Positions 9,808-18,675 of a DNA stretch of 64,000 nucleotides are shown here, piece after piece; position 1 is the first letter of the stretch; every line of letters begins with the position of its first letter. The stretch is taken from the NCBI GenBank assembly GCA_963675595.2, contig CAXXLZ010000002.1, positions 4,128,001-4,192,000 on the forward strand. Reading direction: 5' to 3'. The notes below the pieces were generated by a model. That model saw only the letters and a program-made list of their open reading frames with translations, was not told the origin of the DNA and searched no databases. The stretch is from Thermodesulfobacteriota bacterium (GTDB lineage: Bacteria; Desulfobacterota; Desulfarculia; JACQYL01). Made by a program: the position numbers and the translations under genes.

Positions 9808-11192
9808 CATAAGCGCTAACTTAAGCCTTTTGTTTTGGTGAGGTTTATGGTACCGTTGCCGCCAAAGGAGGTGGCAATGGAGCGTCTCGTTTTTTCCGAG
9901 GAAATGGAAGACTGGGAAGTTCTCCAGGGTTTTCTTCCCGATGGCTGGCAATCCAAAGCAAGGGAACTTGGTGCCGTTGTCAGATACCGTAAGTTCGTGG
10001 ACGCCGAAGGTCTGTTGCGAACGCTTCTGATCCATCTGGCGGAAGGTTGCTCACTTCGGCTGACGGCGGCCAAAGCCAGGTTCGGCAACATTACGTCGAT
10101 TTCCGACGTAGCTCTCCTAAAACGACTGAATAAATGCGGAGAGTGGTTTCGGTGGATGGCCTTAGGGGTCATGGAGAAATGGTTTCGAAAGCTGCCCGCC
10201 GTTGTTTTTGGAGAGAATTCACGCATCAGGTTGATCGATGCCTCCACCATTCAAGAACCTGGAAGTACCGGAACGACTTGGAGGGTCCATTATTCCATAC
10301 AATTGCCTTCGCTGCGCTGCGACGAAGTCTATGTAACAGACCCCAAGATCGGAGAATCCTTCACCAATTTCAAAGTCCATGGCGGTGAACTTCTTGTAGC
10401 GGATAGAGCCTATTGCACACCAAGAGGAATTCACCATGTCATAGACAACGGCGGCGACGTCCTGGTTCGAATGAAACACCGTGTCGCCATGGTGGACAAG
10501 CAAGGGGAACGATTCCAATTACTCCCTCATCTAAGGACGTTACGTGTAAATAAGCTTGGCGAGTGGGATGCATTCGTTCCATTTGAACAACGCTTGGTTC
10601 CAGGTAGAATCTGTGCCATCAAGAAGAGCAAAGACGCCACTGAAAAAGCTCGTAAAGCGATAGAAAAAGAGGCGAGGAAAAAAGGTCGCCAAGTTACTCC
10701 GGACACCCTCGAAGCGGCGGCCTACATATTTGTTTTCACAACATTGGGCCGTGAAATCTCGCCCTCTCAGGTCCTCGAGATGTACCGAGGTCGATGGCAA
10801 ATTGAACTCGCTTTCAAGCGTCTAAAGTCCATTCTCGGTTTAGGCCATCTTAGAAAGACCGACATCGAAGGAGCCAAGGCCTGGATCCATGGGAAACTAC
10901 TGGTGGCTTTCTTAGTGGAGGCCATGATCGCCGCAGGCGAATCTTTTTTTCCCTGGGGATACCCACTCCAAAAAGAACCACCGTAGAAATCGATGCTTCT
11001 GGAGAGAGACCATGTTTATGTTACACCTGCTGAAACAAGCCGTGAACCCTAAACTCGGCTTGGCCGAATGCATTGCCGGCTGGGATAACATATCTTTTTA
11101 TTTGCGAGAACCGCCAAGGAAACGAGCACTTCAGCGGCTGATTCCTCAGACGGAAAGAAGCATAGCAAACAATGCTTAAGTTAGCGCTTATG
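9808..11192 (+). mobile_element. IS4-family insertion sequence with 19-bp TIRs and 11-bp target duplication
   Basis: TIR cataagcgctaacttaagc at 9808-9826, inverted at 11174-11192; direct repeat cccttctaccc at 9797-9807 and 11193-11203. Confidence 0.95.
9877..10986 (+). CDS. IS4-family DDE transposase
   Basis: LIDAS...ADRAY...YRGRWQIELAFKRLKS (YREK signature); AAGGAGG RBS before ATG 9877. Confidence 0.95.
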   Translation: MERLVFSEEMEDWEVLQGFLPDGWQSKARELGAVVRYRKFVDAEGLLRTLLIHLAEGCSLRLTAAKARFGNITSISDVALLKRLNKCGEWFRWMALGVMEKWFRKLPAVVFGENSRIRLIDASTIQEPGSTGTTWRVHYSIQLPSLRCDEVYVTDPKIGESFTNFKVHGGELLVADRAYCTPRGIHHVIDNGGDVLVRMKHRVAMVDKQGERFQLLPHLRTLRVNKLGEWDAFVPFEQRLVPGRICAIKKSKDATEKARKAIEKEARKKGRQVTPDTLEAAAYIFVFTTLGREISPSQVLEMYRGRWQIELAFKRLKSILGLGHLRKTDIEGAKAWIHGKLLVAFLVEAMIAAGESFFPWGYPLQKEPP

Positions 11193-11197
11193 CCCTT

Positions 11198-11542
11198 CTA
11201 CCCCTTACAAATATTCTCCCTCTGAATCCGGGGAAGCCGTTTGACGAGTTCCATGATTTCGGGATCGTTTTCCAGCCAGTGCCTGAGGTTCCCCATGAGG
11301 ACGGATACGTATGGAGATTTCATCCCGTCCGCAAGATAATAGTTGACCCAAAGTCCCTCTTTGCTGTAGGCCACCAAACCGGCCTCCTCCAGTATTTTCA
11401 GATGCTTGGAGACACTGGATTGCGAAATGCCCAGCGTCTCCCGAATCTCGCACACGCACATCAACCGATGCTGGAGCATTTTGACGATCTTGACCCGATT
11501 CTTGTCCGAAAGCGCCTTCATGACCTTCACGAACTCTCTCAT
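11198..11542 (-). CDS. arsR: ArsR/SmtB family metalloregulator
   Basis: KALSDKNRVKI...MCVCEI...SQSSVSKHLKILEEAGLV...EGLWVNY; CVC metal site. Confidence 0.9.
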   Translation of the reverse strand: MREFVKVMKALSDKNRVKIVKMLQHRLMCVCEIRETLGISQSSVSKHLKILEEAGLVAYSKEGLWVNYYLADGMKSPYVSVLMGNLRHWLENDPEIMELVKRLPRIQRENICKG

Positions 11543-11788
11543 GAGTCCCCCTCATTAGATTCCTGAATTGGGATATAGTGTCCGGGCGAGCGGCTGTCAA
11601 GGGTTTCCAACCCTTTGACGTAGGGTCGGATTCGTAGAAAACAAGCCGTTAAAGGGGATGACATTGCCGACTGCTCGGGACCCGCATACCTCGAGCAAGT
11701 GGCCTCCGATGTATTCCTTTTCAGGAAAATAGTTGTGATTTCAGGGCCGGATGTGTTAACGAAGACTTGTGAAAAGGATGGTATCCGT

Positions 11789-12184
11789 ATGTTTTCCAAG
11801 GCGGCGCACGTTCTTGTTTCCCTGATGTTGATGTTGAGCATGGGCTGGACTCATGCCTGCGCCGTCCTCTCGTCCTGCGGCTGGGAACCGCCTTGCCGTA
11901 GAAGCGAAAACATGAATGGCGCCGGCGGGCCCCTAAGCTCGAAACCGTGCGCTATGTCCCATTGCCGGTCCGTCAACGGGCAGGTATTCACAGTCACGAA
12001 TTCTTCTTCGTCGCGCACGGAAAGGGAAAGAACTTTCGGCTCAAAGGTGTTGTTTTCACAAGTGACCTTTGAGATCAAAGAAGCTGCTCCCCGCGTTTTC
12101 CCAAAACCGTTTGCGTACTTATTGCACCCCTTTCCCGACACCTCGCCGCCGACCTTCATCATCCACTGTTCCCTTCTCTGTTGA
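11789..12184 (+). CDS. Cys/His-rich exported small protein ending IIHCSLLC
   Basis: Hydrophobic N-terminus, scattered Cys/His residues, PPTFIIHCSLLC C-terminus. Confidence 0.55.
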   Translation: MFSKAAHVLVSLMLMLSMGWTHACAVLSSCGWEPPCRRSENMNGAGGPLSSKPCAMSHCRSVNGQVFTVTNSSSSRTERERTFGSKVLFSQVTFEIKEAAPRVFPKPFAYLLHPFPDTSPPTFIIHCSLLC

Positions 12185-12490
12185 AACCGTCCCCTCGCAC
12201 TTTCCGAGAAAAAGGAAGGCGTGAGACAGCCTGTTTACTACGAAAGCTTTCATTCATTTCCATTCCGGAATGTCCAATAAGTAAAAGGGGGAATACGTTG
12301 ATCCGTAATTGCACACGAGGAAGGCATTGTTCGTGTTTTCGGCGCGGCGGGAGAATGGTGATCGGCTGTTGGGGGTTTATTATATCTTCAGTACCCTATT
12401 CGGCGCTGAATAGAACGTGAGGCCTCTCACCCGCCCGTTGAAAAACTCGGATTATTGCAGGCTGTTGAGCCTTGAAGCCGATCGGCATTA

Positions 12491-13015
12491 TTGTGGAACG
12501 AAAGGGAAGTCGTGGTGGAAAGAGAAATACCCATTGCCTTGAAACGGTCCATGTGGCAGATGCCCGCACTTATAGCTCTGGCCTTTGTGATCGCTCTGGG
12601 CGTCAATCATTGGCGGTCGGACGGCATACCGATCGTCGGCGCGTGGTCGGCGGCAGCCCGCTTTTCCGATGCGGCGGACGAAAGCCCGGTCATTTTCCTG
12701 ATCGAGGCGCGACACCTGTTCGAGGAGGACTCGGCCGTTTTCGTAGATGCGCGACCGAAGAGCCGGTATACCGAGGGGCATATCCCCGGGGCGTTGAGTC
12801 TTCCATGGCCGGAGGTGGATCGCCGTTTCACCGGAACGGCCGATCTGCCGGCAGGGCCTGAAATGATCATCACGTACTGCGACGGGGAAAGTTGGGAGCC
12901 GAGTCACGAGTTGGCGCTCTTTCTTAGAAAAAAGGGCTATGAAAACGTTCGGGTGCTGGCCAATGGGTGGACCGGCTGGCAGGAGGCCGGTCTCCCTCGT
13001 GAAACCGGAGAATGA
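12491..13015 (+). CDS. Membrane-anchored rhodanese-like protein
   Basis: FVDARP, GHIPGALSLP, ITYCDG, GWTGW. Confidence 0.85.
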   Translation: MWNEREVVVEREIPIALKRSMWQMPALIALAFVIALGVNHWRSDGIPIVGAWSAAARFSDAADESPVIFLIEARHLFEEDSAVFVDARPKSRYTEGHIPGALSLPWPEVDRRFTGTADLPAGPEMIITYCDGESWEPSHELALFLRKKGYENVRVLANGWTGWQEAGLPRETGE

Positions 13016-13019
13016 ACTC

Positions 13020-13676
13020 ATGGACGGGAACAAAAGCAGGGAAAAGAGGCCGGGCGAGGGTGACCGGAGCGCATTGTATGACGAGCATAACGATGGTTCG
13101 AAGCCGAAAGCAGGCCACGGGCAAGAGGGGCGCTCCCATCGGGCGACGCGCGAAGCCGTCGGCGGCGTCCGACCGACCACCCCGGTGTTGAAGCGGACGG
13201 TCTGTTACCACATTTTGCGCCTGGTCCTCGGGGGAGTCTTCCTTTACGCATCCTTTGACAAGATCCTGCACCCTCAGGCTTTTGCCGAGACGGTCTACAA
13301 CTATCAGGTCCTGCCGGATGCCGCGGTCAATCTCGTCGCCCTGGTCCTTCCGTGGCTGGAATTCTTACTCGGGTTGTGCTTGGTGACGGGGATTTGGATG
13401 CCCGGTGCCGTACTGATGACCACCGGCCTGTTGCTTGTTTTCATCGGCGCCCTGGTATTCAATCTTGCGCGGGGCCTGGATATCCAATGCGGCTGTTTTT
13501 CAACCGAAGCCGGCGGGGAACCGGTGGGGCTCATGACCGTAATCCGGGATCTCGGCTTCTTGGCCCTTTCGGTGTATCTGACCGTCTTCGTTTTGTTCTT
13601 GCGGTCGGCCACGTTGAAATCGCCCGGCTCGGTCCATACGCCCGGGATAACGACATTATCGAAGTCAAGGAGGTAA
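13020..13676 (+). CDS. MauE/DoxX family membrane protein
   Basis: RLVLGGVFLYASFDKILHP...LPWLE...RGLDIQCGCF. Confidence 0.85.
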   Translation: MDGNKSREKRPGEGDRSALYDEHNDGSKPKAGHGQEGRSHRATREAVGGVRPTTPVLKRTVCYHILRLVLGGVFLYASFDKILHPQAFAETVYNYQVLPDAAVNLVALVLPWLEFLLGLCLVTGIWMPGAVLMTTGLLLVFIGALVFNLARGLDIQCGCFSTEAGGEPVGLMTVIRDLGFLALSVYLTVFVLFLRSATLKSPGSVHTPGITTLSKSRR

Positions 13677-13680
13677 CGGA

Positions 13681-14289
13681 ATGTGGAATAGAATATGGAT
13701 ACCAATGTATGTTCTGTGCGCGCTCTTTGCGCTGTTCATAGGTCCGGCGGCCGAGGCTTCTGAAAGCATTTATTCCAAAGGTTCCGGGCCCATCGAAATC
13801 ATTGTCTTCACCGATTACTTTTGTCCTCCGTGCCGGAAGCTCGAACCGTATCTGGAAACCGCTTTGACCGACCTTCATGAACGGGGCGCAAAAATCACCT
13901 TTGTGGACAAGCCGATCCACAAGATATCGCCCCTTTACTCAAAGTATTTTCTTTATGCAGCCAATCAGGCGACTATTCTGTCGGAAATAATGCATATACG
14001 ACAGGTCTTATTTGATATCGCCAAGACCAAGTCAGTGGATTCTGAGGACCAGTTGCTTCAGCAATTGACACAAAGCGATATAACACTTCAATTCATACAG
14101 GTGAAACCCATATTTGATGAGTGGGTTAAATTGATTCAGGATTTTGACGTCAGAAGCACACCGACCTGTGTCATAAAGTTGCCGCCAAGGGAACCCAGCG
14201 TGTTGAAAGGCAGCCGACGTATTCAGGAAGGCATCGGCAAGCTGCTTGAGGGGATGCCGCAGCTCAAGGGCGGGAACCAAAAGGAATAA
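13681..14289 (+). CDS. Exported thioredoxin-fold (DsbA/DsbG-like) protein
   Basis: Signal peptide; FTDYFCPPC active site; VRSTPT cis-Pro loop. Confidence 0.85.
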   Translation: MWNRIWIPMYVLCALFALFIGPAAEASESIYSKGSGPIEIIVFTDYFCPPCRKLEPYLETALTDLHERGAKITFVDKPIHKISPLYSKYFLYAANQATILSEIMHIRQVLFDIAKTKSVDSEDQLLQQLTQSDITLQFIQVKPIFDEWVKLIQDFDVRSTPTCVIKLPPREPSVLKGSRRIQEGIGKLLEGMPQLKGGNQKE

Positions 14290-14376
14290 CAGAGCGTATA
14301 TGCGTTTATTATTGGCCGTGATACCGTGTTTTGTATTGACTGCGTTGGGTTTTGCATCCGGTCGGGAAAGATTGTG

Positions 14377-14452
14377 CGTATTCACGGGGGGGAACTTTTG
14401 AAAAAGTTCCCCCCCGGTACCCCCCTTGTAAAAGACCTTAAGCAGGCCTCAC
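14377..14452 (+). repeat. REP-like family A copy
   Basis: gggggggaacttttgaaaaagttccccccc hairpin, then ccccttgtaaaag...aggcctcacc. Confidence 0.75.
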
Positions 14453-14835
14453 CAATTCCCAATGTTTCCTACATCCGCTGAATGGGCAAAGGAATTCCCA
14501 AGTTCGGCTTCGCCCCGAAAGGGATGGAGCCCGCAAAAGGGGTCCGGGGGAACGGTGTTCCCCCCGGGGAACCAATGGAAAAGTCCACCCCGCTAATGAT
14601 TACGAAAGATTTACTTCTTACACTGATCCTCGTTCCTAAAAGAAGGGGCTCAACGAGGCGGACATGTGACGTCCCGGGACAAGTCGATGGATAGTGATCG
14701 ACATGCAATAGGCTCCAAATTTTTCGTGGCGATTCCCGGGGGGAAGCGCATGGATACGGCCGAACCCGGGCGAACGATACGAGGGCGCACCCCGCGGGAG
14801 GAACAGTAACATTATTGGAGACATAGGAGAAAACC

Positions 14836-15855
14836 ATGAAACGCCTCGTGGCAAGAGTATTGGGTAGTTTTTTCTTTTTCATTCTTGTCGGATCGAGTCC
14901 GCTTATGGCGGTGGAAAATGGCGGCTATGCGAACAGTGCTTTTCTGGTTTCCACCCAGTGGCTCGAAGACAACCTTGATCGTCCCGACATCCGGATCCTG
15001 GATCGCCAGGACATCTTTCCAAAAGATGATTTTTACGGCAAAGCGCATATCCCCGGTTCAATCCGTATGCCGACTTCAGCCATCAAGGGTATGAGAGGCG
15101 ACGTGCAGGAGATGCTCGTACTCAAAGATCTAATCAAGTTCCTGGAAGAGAGTGGGGTATCTTCGAAACACCATATCATACTGGTGGGGAGGTCCCAGAG
15201 GCTCCCCGCGACTACCCGCGTTTTCTGGGCGCTGGAAATCCTGGGGCACAAGAATATCTCCGTCCTGGACGGCGGTATTGATAAATGGCGGGTGGAAAAA
15301 CGCACGGAGACCACCGAGGTCCCAAACTTTCCTGCAACAACCTATGAAGTTCAATCCCTGCAGCGGGGACTCATGATGACGGGCGAGGAACTCTCGGGAT
15401 ACATCGGTTTCCAGGACAGGTTCAACTTGATGGTGGTGGACTCCCGGAGGCTTGAAGAATTCGCGGGAAAGGAAATGAGCCGGTCCAGCGAGAAGTTGGG
15501 ACACATCCCCGGCTCGGTGAACCTCATGTTCATGGCCCTTCTCACAGGAAAGGAATACAAGGAGTTCAAACCCGCGGACGAAATTCGAGCCATTTTTCAG
15601 GCGAAAGGGCTGACCCCGGACAAGCACCTGGTTTTCACCTGCGTCAGCGGCTGTTTCGGAACGGTGGACTACTTCGCGGCGCGTTTGCTGGGATACCGTA
15701 ATGTGAGTGTCTACGACGGCGGCTGGATCGAATGGAGCCGTAGGAATTATCCGGTGGAACCGGAGGTGACGGCACAGCCCCCGGCTTCCGAACCGGCTGC
15801 GAAGCAGCAACCCCTAAAACCGCCGATCCGTGTATTTCAGGATGAGGGCTGCTGA
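14836..15855 (+). CDS. Exported tandem-domain sulfurtransferase (rhodanese/SseA-like)
   Basis: Signal peptide; LVSTQWL, AHIPGS, VLDGG, GHIPGSVN, FTCVSGC, VYDGGWIEW. Confidence 0.9.
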   Translation: MKRLVARVLGSFFFFILVGSSPLMAVENGGYANSAFLVSTQWLEDNLDRPDIRILDRQDIFPKDDFYGKAHIPGSIRMPTSAIKGMRGDVQEMLVLKDLIKFLEESGVSSKHHIILVGRSQRLPATTRVFWALEILGHKNISVLDGGIDKWRVEKRTETTEVPNFPATTYEVQSLQRGLMMTGEELSGYIGFQDRFNLMVVDSRRLEEFAGKEMSRSSEKLGHIPGSVNLMFMALLTGKEYKEFKPADEIRAIFQAKGLTPDKHLVFTCVSGCFGTVDYFAARLLGYRNVSVYDGGWIEWSRRNYPVEPEVTAQPPASEPAAKQQPLKPPIRVFQDEGC

Positions 15856-16147
15856 GCGGCTTATCCTTTGCTCTTCAAAACGGCGGGCACAGCCATGAGC
15901 GAGGAGTCGGGAAAAGGCGTCGATGCAAACGTCGGCGCCCGCTCCTCGGGCAAGCCCCTCACATCGACTTTGAATTCGAAGGCCGGGGAATTATAGGTTT
16001 CTTCCGAACGAAGAACAAAGCGGAGCGAACGGAATCCCTTTATGATGCTCTTGACGGGTACGCCTTTGACGTGTGTGAAGGGGAATTCTTGAAAGATTGG
16101 CCGGGGAAAGAGGTCTGCAAGCATTGACAGGGTGGAACTTTTCTATT

Positions 16148-16173
16148 GTAGGGGCGGGCCACAGTGCCTGCCC
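16148..16173 (+). repeat. GTAG-type REP-like sequence
   Basis: gtaggggcgggc-cacagt-gcctgccc: GTAG tetranucleotide followed by a GC hairpin. Confidence 0.4.
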
Positions 16174-16752
16174 AAAAGACGGCCGAAGGCCGACCTTATC
16201 GGCTGTCCCCACCCTCCGTCCCCCATTAAGAAATTGGTGCGTGTTCACGGGGTATTCGTGGAAACTTTTTAACGGGTTCCCGCCGCGTGCGCGTCGCAAA
16301 GGGAGGCAAGGGGTTTCTCCGCACAAGTTCCCAGGTCCGCAATCATCGAACCCGACGCTCCGGCGGAACACCGACCCGCGCCGACGAGTTGAGGCGTCTT
16401 GCCTTTTCGCATTCCTCACGTACCGACCATATAAGCCGACTGCAATCCTGCTCAGGTCAGATCCCTTCCTCTCCGCCCCGCCGGCCGGCTCGCAATCCAG
16501 CCCGTTTGAGGCGATGCTTTCGCAAAAATGACGGGAATCACCAATTGACTATATCCAAAGTTTCATATCTAGTGGTGGCGGAAATTATTGATACGGGACT
16601 GAAACGTTCTCCCGAAACTGTTTCAACTTCAATGGGTCAACAATGAAACCCCCTCGTTGCCACAAATCGCAAGGTGCGCGGGCTCTTGTTTTGCGGATTA
16701 GGAATGCAGACTCAAAAGCCTAACTATGAAAGTGAAATAGGCGGAGTGTCCA

Positions 16753-18120
16753 ATGGAAGAAATCATTGTCAAAGAAATGGATGAGAAAAGATTCAATGCA
16801 ATAGCAGGCTATTCAAGAAGCCCAGCAGCCGCATATGTTAGCAGAGAACTTGAATGGCATTCAAATGATGATGAATCCATAATTGGTGTTCTTCTTATTG
16901 ATATTATTGACCAAGATTATCTATATGTACTTCTATGTAGAGACGGAGTAGGGCGTTTCAGGTGTTTTTATACAGAGGTGTCTATATCAAGCATATATGA
17001 AGCAAGACAACGGTTAATTAATACTATTAGGTGGCATACCGGGCAAGGACAGAAGGTGTTCCCACAAGGAGACGAATCAAAACGATTAAATTTGTTCGAT
17101 CCCATTGTTCCACCCGAAAAACAACATGTCTTTTTTACTCGTCTAATAAGTAGTGGTTTTTATACACCGGCAAAAGAAATCATAAAAAGTATGATGCTCA
17201 GTTTTGTGGATACTGATGGAAATTTTGTGGAACAATTTCAGACAACAGGCTTTGATTCACGTTTGTGGGAATTGTTTTTATTCGCATACCTTTCTGAAGA
17301 AGGATTATTTGTCAATCGTAAGAATAGTGCCCCGGATTTTATGATAGAAAAATACGGCAAAACTGTAGCAATGGAAGCTGTAATCGTCGGAAGGAGAAAG
17401 AATAATCCTCCAAGCTATTTTAAAATGTTTCCAGAATTTAAGTCTTCTGATGAGATATACAAGGAACTTGAAGGCTCAATGCCTATTAAATTTGGTAGTC
17501 CATTATTTACTAAACTTAAAAAGGAATACTGGGAATTGCCACATGTTAAAGGGAATCCGTTGGTTTTCGCCATTGCTGATTTTCATGATGATGCGTCCAT
17601 GCTATGGAGTTCAACCGCGCTCATTGATTATCTATATGGAGTAAGACATACTTATTATTATAACAAAGAAAAAGAGCTCGTTATTGTGCCTGTAACTATA
17701 GAAAGCCACAAAGTAGGAAATAAAGAAATCCCGTCAGGCTTCTTTTTCCAGCAACACGCAGAAAATATTAGTGCTGTCCTATTCTCTGCTAGCGGGACAA
17801 TTTCAAAATTCAATAGAATGGGTAGGCAGGCTGGTTTTAAGGATGAGAATGTTATAATGGAAAGATTTGGAACATATCATGATCATGATCCAAATGCTGT
17901 GGTGCCCAAAATGTTCCGGTACTTAGTGGATGAACGGTGCAATGAAACTTGGGCGGAGGGCCTTTCAATGTTTCATAATCCTAATGCAGTATTTCCAGTT
18001 CCCGAAGAGTTATTCCCATCCGTCGCCCATCACCATTTTGAAAATGGACATATTGTAAGCCAGTTGCCTGATTTTCATCCATATAGCTCTTGGACCTTCA
18101 ACTACAAGTTAAGGGTATAA
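16753..18120 (+). CDS. AT-rich hypothetical protein, putative PD-(D/E)xK nuclease
   Basis: Markedly AT-rich versus flanks; FDSRLWEL...SAPDF...AMEAV motif spacing; C-terminal FHNPNAVFP. Confidence 0.6.
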   Translation: MEEIIVKEMDEKRFNAIAGYSRSPAAAYVSRELEWHSNDDESIIGVLLIDIIDQDYLYVLLCRDGVGRFRCFYTEVSISSIYEARQRLINTIRWHTGQGQKVFPQGDESKRLNLFDPIVPPEKQHVFFTRLISSGFYTPAKEIIKSMMLSFVDTDGNFVEQFQTTGFDSRLWELFLFAYLSEEGLFVNRKNSAPDFMIEKYGKTVAMEAVIVGRRKNNPPSYFKMFPEFKSSDEIYKELEGSMPIKFGSPLFTKLKKEYWELPHVKGNPLVFAIADFHDDASMLWSSTALIDYLYGVRHTYYYNKEKELVIVPVTIESHKVGNKEIPSGFFFQQHAENISAVLFSASGTISKFNRMGRQAGFKDENVIMERFGTYHDHDPNAVVPKMFRYLVDERCNETWAEGLSMFHNPNAVFPVPEELFPSVAHHHFENGHIVSQLPDFHPYSSWTFNYKLRV

Positions 18121-18327
18121 GGGTGATGTCTGCAACTTTTCGCTCTTTTCAGGAGTCTTCCCCCCTCGCGGTCGCTTGAGGAGCCAGCCCCGGGTTTCAA
18201 AGCGCCCCAGGGTTGCCGGACGATATCAACAAGCGGCCTTCGCCCCCCCCCGGTAGCTTCTGGGATACATATTCAAGTAAGCAAGGTTTCCCAATCAGGG
18301 CGGCTATAGCGGTGAACAAAAAACAAT

Positions 18328-18358
18328 AAAGCCCACGGGCCGTTCCCGGGGCTTTTCT
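18328..18358. terminator. Bidirectional hairpin terminator between the AT-rich gene and tRNA-Ala
   Basis: aaagcccacggg-ccgtt-cccggggctttt. Confidence 0.5.
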
Positions 18359-18445
18359 TATCCGCAAGATTCGGTGTTCTGTCTAATTTCAGGGTTCTTG
18401 GCTAGAGAAACCCTATTTCCGAATCCCGCCCGACGATGTTTTCCT

Positions 18446-18521
18446 TGGTGGAGCTGATGGGGATCGAACCCACGACCTCATGAATGCCATTCATGCGCTC
18501 TCCCAGCTGAGCTACAGCCCC
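18446..18521 (-). tRNA. tRNA-Ala(GGC)
   Basis: GGGGCTGTAGCTCAGCTGGGAGAGCGCATGAATGGCATTCATGAGGTCGTGGGTTCGATCCCCATCAGCTCCACCA, 76 nt with CCA. Confidence 0.97.
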
Positions 18522-18675
18522 GCCCGATCAGGAAAACACTTTGTACCACCGGCCCCCGGAGTGTGTCAATAGTTTTTCAGTGGGGGCGACAATTTTGCCG
18601 TTGACCCGTTTCCGACCCCAGAGTATCCTCCGTGAGCAAATTTGGACAATGCGGAACCAAGGAGCTTCATCGAAA

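Noticed and set aside
15850-15900. Selenocysteine readthrough at Gly-Cys-TGA
   Set aside because: No convincing SECIS-like hairpin follows the TGA and the downstream frame is not protein-like; a terminal GC is plausible on its own
16200-16750. Integrase or att remnant upstream of the AT-rich gene
   Set aside because: No recombinase motif and no duplicated tRNA-Ala 3' end could be found by eye
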